Shown here piece after piece: positions 26,280 through 41,727 of a stretch of 57,448 bases of DNA. The number at the start of each line of letters is the position of its first letter. Position 1 is the first letter of the stretch. Under the pieces are notes generated by a model that made no database searches, was not told the origin of the DNA, and was given only the letters and a program-made list of their open reading frames with translations. A program made the translations under genes and the position numbers. This DNA is from Tubiluchus corallicola (taxonomy: Eukaryota; Animalia; Priapulida). Where the stretch lies: contig JAQGDQ010001175.1 of NCBI GenBank assembly GCA_030141605.1, positions 1-57,448 on the forward strand, written 5' to 3'.

Positions 26280-28368
26280 CAAACCTTAAAGCAAAAGAAA
26301 ATACTCTTGACAGACCTTGAAGCACAAGAAAACACTCTTGACAGACCTTAAAGCATAAGAAAACACTCTTGTTAGATCTCAAAGCACAAGAATACTATCT
26401 TGTTAGACCTTAAAGCACAAGAAAACACTCTTGGCAGACCTTGAAGTACAAGAAAACACTCTTGACAGACCTTGCAGCACAAGAAAACACTCTTGACAGA
26501 CCATAAAGTACAAGAAAATACTCTTGACAGACCTTAAAGTACAAGAAAACACTCTTGACAGACCTCAAAGTACAAGAAAATACTCTTGACAGACCTTCAA
26601 GCAAAAGAAAACACTCTTGGCAAACCTTGCAGCACAAGAAAACACTCTTGGCAGACCTTGAAGCACAAGAAAACACTCTTGACAGACCTTAAAGCACAAG
26701 AAAACACTCTTGTTAGATCTCAAAGCACAAGAATACTATCTTGTTAGACCTTAAAGCACAAGAAAACACTCTTGACAGACCTTAAAGTACAAGAAAACAC
26801 TCTTGGCAGACCTCAAAGTACAAGAAAATACTCTTGACAGCCTTAAAGTACAAGAAAACACTCTTGACAGACCTTACAGCACAAGAAAACACTCTTGACA
26901 GACCTTAAAGCACAAGAAAATACTCTTGACAGACCTTAAAGTACAAGAAAACACTCTTGGCAGACCTTGAAGCACAAAAAACACTCTTGACAGACCTTGA
27001 AGCACAAGAAAACACTCTTGACAGACCTTAAAGCACAAGAAAACACTCTTGTTAGATCTCAAAGCACAAGAATACTATCTTGTTAGACCTTAAAGCACAA
27101 GAAAACACTCTTGACAAACCTTAAAGTACAAGAAAACACTCTTCACAGACCCCAAAGTACAAGAAAATACTCTTGACAGACCTTAAAGTACAAGAAACAC
27201 TCTTGACAGACCTTAAAGCACAAGAAAACACTCTTGACAGACCTTAAAGCATAAGAAAATACTCTTGACAGACCTTAAAGTACAAGAAAATACTCTTGTT
27301 AGATCTCAAAGCACAAGAATACTATCTTGTTAGACCTTAAAGCACACGAAAACACTCTTGACAGACCTTAAAGTACAAGAAAACACTCTTGGCAGACCTT
27401 AAAGTACAAGAAAACACTCTTGACAGACCTTGAAGCACAAGAAAACACGCTTGACAGACCTTGAAGCAAAAGAAAACACTCTTGGCAAACCTTGCAGCAC
27501 AAGAAAACACTCTTGTTAGGTCTCAAAGCACAAAAATAGTCTTTTGACAAACACTTCAAGCACAAGAAAACACACTGGGATGATAAATCAATGGTGCACA
27601 CTGGGATGATAAATCAATGGTGCACACTGGGATGATAAATCAATAGTGCACACTGGGATGGTGAATCGATGGTGGACACAGGGATGGTGAATCAGTGGTG
27701 CACACTGGGATGGTGAATCAGTGGTGCACACTGGGGTGATAAATCAATGGTGCACACTGGGATGGTGAATCGATGGTGGACACAGGGATGGTGAATCAGT
27801 GGTGCACACTGGGATGATAAATCAATGGTGCACACTGGGATGGTGAATCAGTGGTGCACACTGGGATGGTGAATCTATGGTGCACACTGGGATGGTGAAT
27901 CAATGGTGCACACTGTGATGGTGAATCAATGGTGCACACTGGGATGGTAAATCAATGGTGCACACTGGAATGGTGAATCAATGGTGCACACTGGGATGGT
28001 GAATCAATGGTGCACACTGTGATGGTGAATCAATGGTGCACACTGGGATGGTAAATCAATGGTGCACACTGGGATGGTGAATCGGTGGTGTACACTGGGA
28101 TGGTAAATCAATGGTTTACACTGGGATGGTGAATCAATGGTGCACACTGGGATGGTGAATCAATGGTGCACACTGGGATGGTGAATCAATGGTGCACACT
28201 GTGATGGTGAATCAATGGTGCACACTGGGATGGTAAATCAATGGTGCACACTGGGATGGTGAATCGGTGGTGTACACTGGGATGGTAAATCAATGGTTTA
28301 CACTGGGATGGTGAATCAATGGTGCACACTGGGATGGTGAATCAGTGGTGCACACTGGGATGGTGACA
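26280..28368. repeat. 31-bp plus 26-bp minisatellite block, copy 2
   Basis: Same units and nearly the same variant order as 1815-3903. Confidence 0.95.
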
Positions 28369-29034
28369 CAATGACGTTTTATCAGTTGGCACGAATATTT
28401 TAAATTATCGAAAATTTTCTTTTCCAATTACAACTCTGTCTACATCTAAATATCCAATTACGATTACGATTACGATTACGATTACGATTACGATTACGAT
28501 TACGATTACGATTACGATTACGATTACGATTACGATTACGATTACAATTACAATTACATACGACTTTAAAAAATTTTAGCATAATGGTAAGTATTGTAAC
28601 TTTGTATGGAAAGTTTTTTCATTTTTTCATTTTCTTTCCCTTTGAGCAGCCTAGCAGAAGACTATTCAGCATAACTAAACAGTGAAATGTGAAAAGTTTT
28701 AATGATATTAAGAACGTCTTATCGAATTTGGGACTTTAGTTTGTTTTTCTAGTTTATCTAAAAGCTTTTCTCTAGTAAACTGAATCCTGTTTTCAGCAAC
28801 GAGTGGCTAACGATAGATTGGATCCGTAGGAGTTTTTATGAATGATGAGGTGCTACAGCTAGGTAAAGTTACCTTGTTTTTTCCTGCATCCCAAAACTAT
28901 CCCAGATCTTTACTTATCGAATCTGTAGGAAAAATAAGAACAAAATTTTACCTCGATTTTAAAATTTTCAACAAAAATTTACGTCTAAATTAAAACGAAA
29001 TTGACTGAGTGTGGTTTGCTATAAATGTCCAATT

Positions 29035-29810
29035 TGCCTTACCTGTAATCCGTCAGCGTCAAGTGTGACCCGTGGAAAGTATGGAGTTTCACATCCTTGC
29101 GCAGTGACGTCACGTCCTTGCGCAGTGACGTCATAAAGCAAACGCCAGAGGGCACAGTTCAGATTCACACGACGTTCGTAGCTGGTACCAGTTGAGAAGC
29201 AAAAAATAATGATTAAATTGAATGGCTAAGAAGTTCACAACCAGTTACAATGATGCGTTAAACTCACAAAATCGAGTATTTTAACTCAAATCTGACGAAA
29301 AGTAAAAATAAATTCGGTCTAAATTAAAACACTAATATTAGAATGCATTAATATTGGCTAAGAATCACTTAAATTTAATCTACTTATTAGCATTTCTGCT
29401 GTCTAGATCGGAGAACTAAAATTAAATTTAAAAATCGCAACTTAATTAATTAATTAATTAAAAAACTCAATTAATAACATCTAAAAACGGTTATTTCTCA
29501 CTCGTCGTCATGGAAACGCTAAAAATGTTTACACAGTATAAGGACTTGCACGAAAAATTCTTTTCCAAACTTTTATTTACCTTTTCTCGTTCCATAGAGA
29601 AAGCGGCAGCGGTTGCTATGCAGCGCGTGACGTCATCTGGTGACATCATTGTCTGTTGATGATACAATTCGTACACGTCATCATGTAACGAGCTAAGTGA
29701 AGCTTCGTCCCGGTTGTCACGTCCTTCCTGTGCTGCTCTGTTGATCTCTGCTTTGGGAATTCTCCTGTAACTTTTTTGTCTGCTGTACGAGAAAGTTTGG
29801 TGGTTTAAAG
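29035..29810. promoter_or_regulatory. Putative bidirectional promoter, copy 2
   Basis: Donor at 29042; CREs at 29105, 29126 and 29628; the fourth CRE is mutated to TGACATCA (29641). Confidence 0.55.
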
Positions 29811-31956
<2,146 letters not shown>

Positions 31957-32377
31957 ATCCGCCCCCAGCTGCTACAGAACCAATAGAAATTTCATCGTTT
32001 TGTTGTTTTTTTCCCTGAAAAATGTGTGTAAAATGGGGAAGTCTGAATTGACGAATCCCAACAAACACTTATTGTTGTTTTGTTTACAGAATCGTTGGAA
32101 GCCAAAGGGGTAAAAAATTGAGGGGGTGTTGAAAATTGTTGTTGGCAAAATTTTATCTCAGAAAAACTTTTGTAAAACTTTAACGTGTAGAAAATGGCTG
32201 CATCGTAATTTATTTTTTTGTTACATTTGATTGTTTAAATAAATGAAATGGGAGGAAAAACGTTTCTGACTTTAGTTTATGTATCATAGTAAATATTCTT
32301 TTAGTAAAAAATAGTTAAAGGAAAGGTTAAGCCTTTTTGGAAGTTAGGTTTATTTCATTTATTATTATTATTATTAC

Positions 32378-32410
<33 letters not shown>

Positions 32411-32807
32411 CATCATCATCATTATCATCATCATCATCATCATCATCATTATCATCATCATTATTATTATTATTATCATTATTATTTTAATACAATTAAT
32501 TCTGCAAAAGCGTTTCAGATAAATAAATAGTAGGTTAAATATTTTATTAAATTTTATGGAATTTCAAATTTACTGCTCTGCTCATGCATTACCTGACGAA
32601 CGTGTGTAGTTCGTCACAAACTAACACATCTGAACTGAGAGGTACAGCAATTGTTTTCGTGCAATGCGTTTCCGTAATGCAGGCGCTAGTGCCCGTCCAG
32701 TTAGTGAATGATGAAATGCATGTAACAGGACAGAAATAGTGGCGCGAACGCGAAATTGTGTTTGTGTGGTAATAATTCTTTCACTCTAGTGCTAACTAAA
32801 GACCTTT

Positions 32808-33422
32808 TGTTTACCTTTTCTGATTTGGTTCTTCATGGTCACTTTCGCCATCTAGTGCTAGTTAGAGACACTACATTTCATTTTCTAATTGTGCAAGTTA
32901 TGGGAGTAGAGTACAGCACACACAACACAGTTCTTTTTTAATACTTTTTTCCGTTTCCCTTTTCTACATGGTCACTTTCGCCATCTAGTGCTAGTTAGAG
33001 ACACTACATTTCATTTTCTAATTGTGCAAGTTATGGGAGTAGAGTACAGCAGACACAACACAGTTCTTTTTTAATACTTTTTCCGTTTCACTTTTTTACA
33101 TGGTCACTTTCGCCATCTAGTGCTAGTTAGAGACACTACATTTCATTTTCTAATTGTGCAAGTTATGGGATTAGAGTACAGCAGACACAACACAGTTCTT
33201 TTTTAATACTTTTTTCCGTTTCACTTTTCTACATGGTCACTTTCGCCATCTAGTGCTAGTTAGAGACACTTTCATATTTAGTAGTTTTTACTGTACTCTA
33301 CTCTCATAAATTGCACAGTTTCTTTTCTGTTTCCCGTTTTTTGTTTTCCTTTTCAGATTTGGTTCTACATGGTCACTTTCGCCATCTAGTGCTAGTTAGA
33401 GACACTACATTTCATTTTCTAA
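32808..33422. repeat. ~133-bp CTCF-motif tandem repeat, 5 units
   Basis: Core at ~32836, 32968, 33100, 33233 and 33369. Confidence 0.8.
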
Positions 33423-34099
33423 TAGTCTGAGTTATGTGACAATTTTTTAACATGTTTTCCGTGTATAGAAACTGAATTCTTGAGCTCTATTTATCGCTAA
33501 TCATGATTTAAGATCTTTCTTTTTTCAGTAGTGGTCCAGCTCTTGTTTGTATTTTAATAAATAAATTATATATTATATAATTGCCTGTAGTGAAGAAACT
33601 ATTGCAACACGCTGATTTTGTTCAAATATAATAATAGTTTATTAACGTGATTGATGGTAATTTGAAGCAAACATAGGCCTAATAATAAACGAATTGTACG
33701 TACTATAATGAGTAAATATCAGAATAATATCGAAGTATATTCACCAATGAAGAAAAACACAGGTATACAAAAATACAAATTTAACAAAAAATGTATCTGT
33801 AACACAATAATATCAGAAACAAGTGAAATAATTATTCAAATGACGATGGTAATCGTAAAGTCATTATACAGGTGGGCCAAAAAAATTATCGTTTAATTAT
33901 TTAATAAAAGACTCGTTAACTTTAACCCAAAAAAACCATAAGCTTGCAGATGACGTCATTATTAATGGCATAAATGACGCAGCTAGTGATTATAAAAAAA
34001 CATGGGAGGTTGTAGATGCAAAAAAGGCTACAGATGACTTTTCAACATCAACAACAGTGCCCTCTGTAATCTCCTCTATCTTCAATGATGAAAGAAAAA

Positions 34100-34922
34100 T
34101 ACAATTATTGTATACTATACGATGTACCTAGGCCTAAAAAACAACACAATTATTGTATACTATACGATGTACCTAGGCCTAAAAAAACCCACAATTATTG
34201 TATACTATATGATGTACGTAGGCCTAAAAAACAACAACTATTGTATACTATACGATCTACCTAGGCCTAAAAAAGCACAATTATTGTACACTATACGATG
34301 AACATAGGCCTAAAAACAACACAATTATTGTATACTATACAAAGTACCTAGGCCTAAAAAAAGCACAATTACTGTATACTGTACGATGTACCTAGGCCTA
34401 AAAAAGCACAATTATTGTATACTATACGATGTACACAGGCCTAAAAAACAACACAATTATTGTATACTATACGATGTACCTAGGCCTAAAAAAAGCACAA
34501 TTATTGTATACTATACGATGTACCTAGGCCTAAAAAACAACACAATTATTGTATACTATACGATGTACCTAGGCCTAAACAAGCACAATTATTGTATACT
34601 ATACGGTGTACGTAGGCCTAAAAACAACAATTATTGTATACTATACGATGTATCTAGGCCTAAAAACACAATTATTGTATACTATACGATGTACCTAGGC
34701 CTAAAAAAGCACAATTAGTGTATACTATACGATGTACTTGGCCTAACAAACAACACAATTATTGTATACAATACGATGTACCTAGGCCTAAAAAAGCACA
34801 ATTATTGTATACTATACGATGTACGTAGGCCTAAAAAAGCACAATTATTGTATACTATACGATGTACCTAGGCCTAAAAAACACAATTATTGTATACTAT
34901 ACGATGACCTAGGCCTAAAAAA
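34100..34922. repeat. ~43-bp minisatellite, copy 2
   Basis: Same unit as 9750-10660. Confidence 0.95.
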
Positions 34923-35196
34923 CAAGTCGATAAGTTTTGGTATTTTCTCTGTGTTGGCTATAAGTTGACCAAAATCTTGAATGAAAAAATGTTGAAGAAC
35001 AAGGAGATTTACGAATGCCAAATCATACGATACAGCTTGTACGTGACATTGTTATGCTGATCACAATCAATCATGACAAACCGACTTACTTCTTCAAAAT
35101 GGGCGGCAACGTACGGGGTGTAAATATTTATTGGTCTATAAACAATCAATCGTAATCGTGAAAGCATCAGTTTCAAGAAATGATTTTCCTTTCAAT

Positions 35197-36492
35197 TCAT
35201 TTTCTAAGCAGCGTCACAACTTTTATGCGAATTTTTCCATTATTAATAAAACCGGAAGCACGGTTCATGACGGTTCTAAACTGTGCAATATTTCTCGCAT
35301 ACCAGAGCCCTGTCTCTGTATCTTTATTTAGAATAGTTTTGAGTGACCTTTGTGGATGATTGTTAATCACTTCAATGTAACTGTTCTTACGTATGCTGAT
35401 GAAAGTACAACAGGGACAAACTACTAAATTCAAGCAACAGCCTTCACCACGGTTATCTCCAGCATTGGAGCAGTTTCCATAATCACAACTGAAAAGACTA
35501 ATGATAAGCTTATCAGCATCACCAATGGTTGCAGTCTTTTCTGATAGAATACCTGCCCATGGTCTTATTGGTCTTATTCCTAAACTATCAATTGTCTTAA
35601 CAGGTTTAGCACACATGACTGACACAACTTCTGCGCCGTAGTTTCTCTGCGTTTTTGGAAATATTGATTCTGATGTCTCTTCTTGATGATAATTGATTAG
35701 AACATTTTCTTGCTCCTCGGCATTTAATATTCCAGTTGCTACCGGTCCTTTGATGAATAACTCTGGGTCCATTGTGGGAAATCTGATTTGAAACAATATG
35801 TCACATAAGACTGTTCTTTTGTTGAACACATTTTGCTCCATGTTCTTTCGCTTGCATTCAGCATCAGCCCATCTTAAAACTGCATCAAATAGTTTCACCT
35901 CTTCAGTAATAGTCAGTTCATCAAGTTTGACAATCCTCAATAAGTTGTCGTAGCTCAAGGAAGTAAAACTGTCGGACTTTATAACTGCTTCCGTCTCTAC
36001 ACTAATAACCTCCAAACACTTCATCTCTACATCTCGCTTTTCATAGAAACAAGCAGCTGTCAGAATGGTACAGACGTTGTCAGTTGTGATTTCAAATTTA
36101 AGGAAATCAGCAGCCACTTTTTCAAGTTCACGAATGTTGTATTTTTTAGCTAAGTAAATTACCGAAAGAACATTATCACCAGTTAATTCAGCTTGGTCGG
36201 TATAAATAAATCTCAAAAGCAGCAGGAACACGTCAGGTTCAACGTCGGTTATTGGTATGACATCACCAAGTTTATGACACAGCGGCCCAAACAGCATCCT
36301 CTTAAAAACGTCACTTCTGAGTGCAAGTAAGTACCGACTAGCGTTGATGATGATTTCACCAACTGAAAAAGTTACATCACATAATTCCTGGAAATCTTCG
36401 TTACCAAAAACATAATCGTATCTCTCGTTCCAGTTACCCATCGCATCAACCCTTTCAGCTGGAGTTTGCGGCTCGTCTAATGAAGATGCCAT
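35197..36492 (-). CDS. Intronless BTB-BACK-MATH-like protein, paralog 2 (431 aa)
   Basis: Intact ORF colinear with paralog 1; differences concentrate C-terminal of BACK. Confidence 0.9.
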   Translation of the reverse strand: MASSLDEPQTPAERVDAMGNWNERYDYVFGNEDFQELCDVTFSVGEIIINASRYLLALRSDVFKRMLFGPLCHKLGDVIPITDVEPDVFLLLLRFIYTDQAELTGDNVLSVIYLAKKYNIRELEKVAADFLKFEITTDNVCTILTAACFYEKRDVEMKCLEVISVETEAVIKSDSFTSLSYDNLLRIVKLDELTITEEVKLFDAVLRWADAECKRKNMEQNVFNKRTVLCDILFQIRFPTMDPELFIKGPVATGILNAEEQENVLINYHQEETSESIFPKTQRNYGAEVVSVMCAKPVKTIDSLGIRPIRPWAGILSEKTATIGDADKLIISLFSCDYGNCSNAGDNRGEGCCLNLVVCPCCTFISIRKNSYIEVINNHPQRSLKTILNKDTETGLWYARNIAQFRTVMNRASGFINNGKIRIKVVTLLRK

Positions 36493-36850
36493 CCTTTGTC
36501 CAACGAAATTTGTGGAATTACTTTACTGAGAACTGAATTATCTGAGCTGTGCATTCAACACGACTGACTCAGCAACTCGTGAACAAAGTTAGCGTGCCAC
36601 AGCAGTTCACTGCATTTTCTTGCAGCGGTAAAGGTAGCAACGTTTGGAGGAAAAAATAGCTTCAAGTGTGTTTAGAAGTTGCAAGAAAAAGTGTCTAATG
36701 CAACAGCAGTGCCCGCACACATAATCTGATTTTTAAGTTGCTTAATTTTGAAGTTGAATCGCCACAAAACGCAACGCAACTGCTCCTGAAAGACAGATGC
36801 ACCCCCACGTCGCAATAGACTCTTCCACTTGTTTTTGCACAACGTATAGT

Positions 36851-36975
36851 TAGACCTTAGACCTTAGTCCTTCCTGCGCATTGATGCACATTGGGCAGAC
36901 AGCATTTTCCACTGAGTTCTATCGGCGGCTTCGTTCTCTACGTTTTCCCAACGTATGTTGACAGCTCGAAGGTGA
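36851..36975 (-). mobile_element. 5'-truncated RTE-clade LINE insertion with 12-bp target-site duplication
   Basis: Flanked by ACAACGTATAGT at 36839-36850 and 36976-36987; the empty site is single in copy 1 (~12565-12576). The minus strand reads HLRAVNIRWENVENEAADRTQWKMLSAQCASMRRKD* (RTE-type W...A.DR..W C-terminus) followed by a (TAAGGTC)n tail. Confidence 0.85.
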
Positions 36976-36986
36976 ACAACGTATAG

Positions 36987-37250
36987 TACAGGGTGTCTAT
37001 AAAGTCTTTACAATTTTAAAAATTTATTACAAAGGCAGTTGACAAGATACCTTAACAGATTTGTTTTGTTTTATTCAGTGTTCATTTAAGTTTGAGATCA
37101 CATTGAAATTTCGCGTTTTATGTACGTCTCCTGTTGGTAGAAGGGTCTTGTTAACTGAAAACCCCAAAATGCGTACGCCTCAAGAGAAGGCACAGTATGT
37201 ATCATGGTTTATCAACGCAGACTCAGCAAAACTGCAGACTGTAGAATTGC
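36987..37250 (+). mobile_element. Truncated Tc1/mariner 5' end, copy 2
   Basis: TA|CAGGGTGTCTATAAAGTC; ATG at 37169 gives MRTPQEKAQYVSWFI. Confidence 0.7.
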
Positions 37251-38630
37251 TAATGCAATTTTCTGACCTCTCTGCTGAACTTGTATAAATGGTTGGTGTA
37301 ACTACAGACACGAGATGGAGTAAAGTAAACATACAGTCATAATTTTATACAGTCACATCAACGCTGCCTCGCCTTGTACAAACAACTAACTGTACACTCT
37401 TTGTTAACTTGGTTTATAAACTTATGACACCAACTAAGAAAAATAACTCTTCACTTTGTCCAATATCATGTGTAACTTAAGCATCTTGTTCCAATTTTAT
37501 TTGAAATTAGAATAAGTTCAAGTATCTTTCAATGCTAATCAGAACTTTTTTTTAAATTTAAAGGAAGAAATGAAAAACAACAAATTAAAGAGATATATTA
37601 TTATTAAAATCATTTTATTTTATTCGTGAAACGGGGTTAAACTGGCTGAGGATCCTACACCTCAAAACAATGTAAACTATGAAAGTTGAAAGGAAAATAC
37701 TATTTTTTCAAGAATGGCTTAGTGAAAGAATTATTAGCACAGAGTTGAAATTGCATTCGCACCATAAGTTCTTCGCAGTTAAACCTCTTGCACAAAAACC
37801 GGTGCTGTACCACTTAGTTCAAATGTGTTCAGGTGTGACGTGGTGCACACGTTAGCTCAGGTGTGAGTTCAGCTGTAAACTTGAATCTTGAATTATAAAT
37901 TTCAATTTTGTCAAGTTTTCATATGTCATTTTCACACTGAATGATATACAGTAGCACTGTACTTCAATTTTTTCTTTCCTTGAAGAAATCATGCCCATTC
38001 GCTGTGCCATCGCTGGATTGGCTTGCCCACCATTAATTAAAATTTTAACTTCTCAATTAATTATCAGAAAATACTTTGGCATTATTACAGGTGTAAGGAC
38101 CCAGGTTAACTCATAGAGTCGTACTTTAACTTGCAGATAAACATTAAGCTTTATTTTCTTATTTTGACACCAGCTTTTCTTTACTTATGTTCACTAAATG
38201 TAAATTGTTTCTAGATTGTTATAATCAACTAGGTAGTACTATTTGTTAGTTTAGGGAATGTTAGTCCCCCCCCCGGGGGGGGGGGGTTAAACGTGTAACT
38301 GTACGTTGGTGCATTTAATCGGATTGAAGCCAAACGCATGGATTTCTGTACGTTCATGACACAGATTTCTCCCACAGGAGATGCAACTTGACTTTGGTTG
38401 GTTAAACTGCGTTTTTTACCTTTTACCTGATTGTCCATTAGCTGACGTTTGAAAAGCTAATGATCTATTTGTGGTGGCGGTGGAAGATGTCCACTCATTG
38501 GTTTACATGGCTTTGCTGATCTTACCATGCCGGGTAAAATGGATACTCTTTAATATACTTCAGAATGGGGTTGGATATGAAAAATCGTCCTGTTTTCCTT
38601 TAAAAACTGAAAACGAAATTGTCACGGCCA

Positions 38631-39905
38631 TGTGATGCATGACCGCTAGCTAACTGGCCGATATACAGGGCCATTCATCACTATAAGATTTTGAACAGTA
38701 TAGAAGCCATTGGATACTATGCATTATATACAAGGTCATTCTATCTAGGCTAAGGTTTTACCCACTTCATTCAGGTACCGAGTTTTGTGTTGAACGGATG
38801 TCTACCCAGGCCGTTTTTACCTGGTCGACATAGTTGGTACTTTTCTTCTGTTCGTCATATGTTTTGAGACATGTTTTGTCTATGAGTTTTATTTTGGCCT
38901 TAATGGCAAAATCTAGTTGATGGTGTGTGAGAGACAATAGTTAAATGCACAATGATGTATCGACAAGCTTTACGTAGCACCAGCACGACTCAGGAGTGAA
39001 GTAATTGCCCCGTCATACTTGTTCACTTAGAGGAGCTCTCAGACAACCCACTCTGTGAGTGATTCTGAAACCTTCGGAGCATTGGTGGAGTATTCACATA
39101 GTGGTGGAGTCCGCAGCATCCTGGTTACGCTATTCGGCGGTAGAGGGGACGCAGCGATACGACTACGATTCCAGATTAAACTACTTGTGGCGTGTCAGAA
39201 CTCATGGATCGGCTACCTGGTGGAGCACCCTCCTTATTCCAGTACAGGATCGTGGATTTGGGACTGTGAACCGTCCTTAGTGCATCCTGGAAGAGCCGGC
39301 CATCGGGAACTACGTATAAACATGAGTATACTCCTTGCTACATGTTAGATCTGGGCCCAGTAGGTATTATTTTCTCCTGTGTGTACAATTGTTCTTTGCT
39401 TTGTTCTTGTTCAATAATATACTGTATGATTTGCACAGCATCCAGGTGTTTAATAGTTCTAATTCAATGTTTGTGAAAACACTTTTACGATTAACTACTC
39501 AATGATTATATTTAGTAAAATGATCGAGTCCTATAGGAGAATTGCCCCAACATGAACCCAAACGCTTGGTGATGAAATTAGTAGAAATAATTACCCTGAC
39601 ATGTAAGTAAATTTGGATGTTGAGACTTTGATACTAAATGACCCTAGTCCAGTTATAATATATTAGTTTTAATACCACAAACCATCACATTGGTGTCAGA
39701 ACAGTCCTTGTTGCGCTTTATTTTTCTCTAAGAATGTAGGAAACAGTCTATTTTTCATAGAGAAAATGGCTTTTCGATAACCATAGGAGTTAATCGTTGT
39801 TTTCATGCTTGTTGATCGCTCATTTATTGCTTGTTGACTAATTTATATGAGTTTCAGCCTACTTATAGCGGTACAATTTTGTGACAAAGTTAACAAATAA
39901 TAATA
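38631..39905 (+). mobile_element. LTR retrotransposon remnant: ~1.06 kb LTR plus tRNA-Leu primer binding site
   Basis: TGTGATG (38631) ... CATCACA (39689) form 7-bp inverted termini. TGGTGTCAGAA follows at 39691-39701, complementary to the tRNA-Leu 3' end and typical of Gypsy-like elements. Internal sequence is truncated at ~39905. Confidence 0.6.
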
Positions 39906-40634
39906 AGCATTTTAATAAATAAATTATATATTATATAGTTGCCTGTCGTGAAGAAACTATTGCAACACGCTGATTTTGTTCAAATATAATAATAGTTTAT
40001 TAATAAAAACATGATCTATTAATTAAGGAAATACTTACATTCAAATGTCAGCAGAAATTCAAGTATGAATAGCATGTGCTGCCCACTGATTAAATACGAA
40101 TAACAAAAAGTAAGACAAAGAATTAAACAATACATCAGTGGAATAAGAGCGTAAGAAAAACGAAATATGAAAAAGTGATTGATGGTAATTTGAAGCAAAC
40201 ATAGGCCTAATAATAAACGAATTGTACGTACTATAATGAGTAAATATCAGAATAATATCGAAGTATATTCACCGGTGAAGAAAAACACAGGTATACAAAA
40301 ATAAAAATTTAACAAAAAATGTATTTGTATCACAATAATATCAGAACCAAGTGAAATAATTATTCAAATAACGATGGTAATCGTAAAGTCAATATACAGG
40401 TGGGCCAAAAAAATTATTGTTACATTATTTAATAAAAGGCTCGTTAACTTTAACCAAAAAAAAACATAAGCTTGCAGATAACGTCATTATTAATGGCATA
40501 AATGACGCAGCTAGTGATTATAAAAAAAACATGGGAGGTTGTAGCTGCAAAAGAGGCTACACGTGACTTTTCAACATCAACAACAGTGCCCTCTGTAATT
40601 TCCTCTATCGTCGATGCACGATGATGAAAAAAAC

Positions 40635-41460
40635 CACAATTATTGTATACTATACGATGTACGTAGGCGAAAAAAATACAATTATTGTATACTATACGAT
40701 GTACCTAGGCCTAAAAAACAACACAATTATTGTATACTATACGATGTACCTGGGCCTAAAAAAACACAATTATTGTATACTATACGATGTACCTAGGCCT
40801 AAAAAAACAATTATTGTATACTATACGATGTACCTAGGCCTAAAAAACAACACAATTATTGTATACTATACGATGTACCTGGGCCTAAAAAAACACAATT
40901 ATTGTATACTATACGATGTACCTAGGCCTAAAAAACAACACAATTATTGTGTACTATACGATGTACCTAGGCCTAAAAAACAACACAATTATTGTGTACT
41001 ATACGATGTACCTAGGCCTAAAAAACAACACAATTATTGTATACTATACGATGTACCTGGGCCTAAAAAAACACAATTATTGTATACTATACGATGTACC
41101 TAGGCCTAAAAAAACACAATTATTGTATACTATACGATGTACCTAGGCCTAAAAAACAACACAATTATTGTGTACTATACGATGTACCTAGGCCTAAAAA
41201 ACAACACAATTATTGTATACTATACGATGTACCTAGGCCTAAAAAACACAATTATTGTATACTATACGATGTACCTAGGCCTAAACAAGCACAATTATTG
41301 TATACTATACGATGTACCTAGGCCTAAAAAAACACAATTATTGTATACTATACGATGTACCTAGGCCTAAAAAACAACACAATTATTGTATACTATACGA
41401 TGTACCTAGGCCTAAAAAACACAATTATTGTATACTATACGATGTACCTAGGCCTAAATA
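40635..41460. repeat. ~43-bp minisatellite, copy 3
   Basis: Same unit; more homogeneous than copies 1 and 2. Confidence 0.95.
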
Positions 41461-41727
41461 CAACTCGATTAGTTCTGGTATTTTCTCTGTGTTGGCTATA
41501 AGTTGACCAAAATCTTGAATGAAAAAATGTTGAAGAACAAGGAGATTTACGAATGCCAAATCATACGATGCAGCTTGTACGTGACATTGTTATGCTGATC
41601 ATAATCAATCATGACAAACCGACTTACTTCTTCAAAATGGGCGGCATCGTGCAAATATTTATTGGTCTATAAACAATCAATCGTAATCGTGAAAGCATCA
41701 GTTTCAAGAAATGATGTTCCTTTCAAT

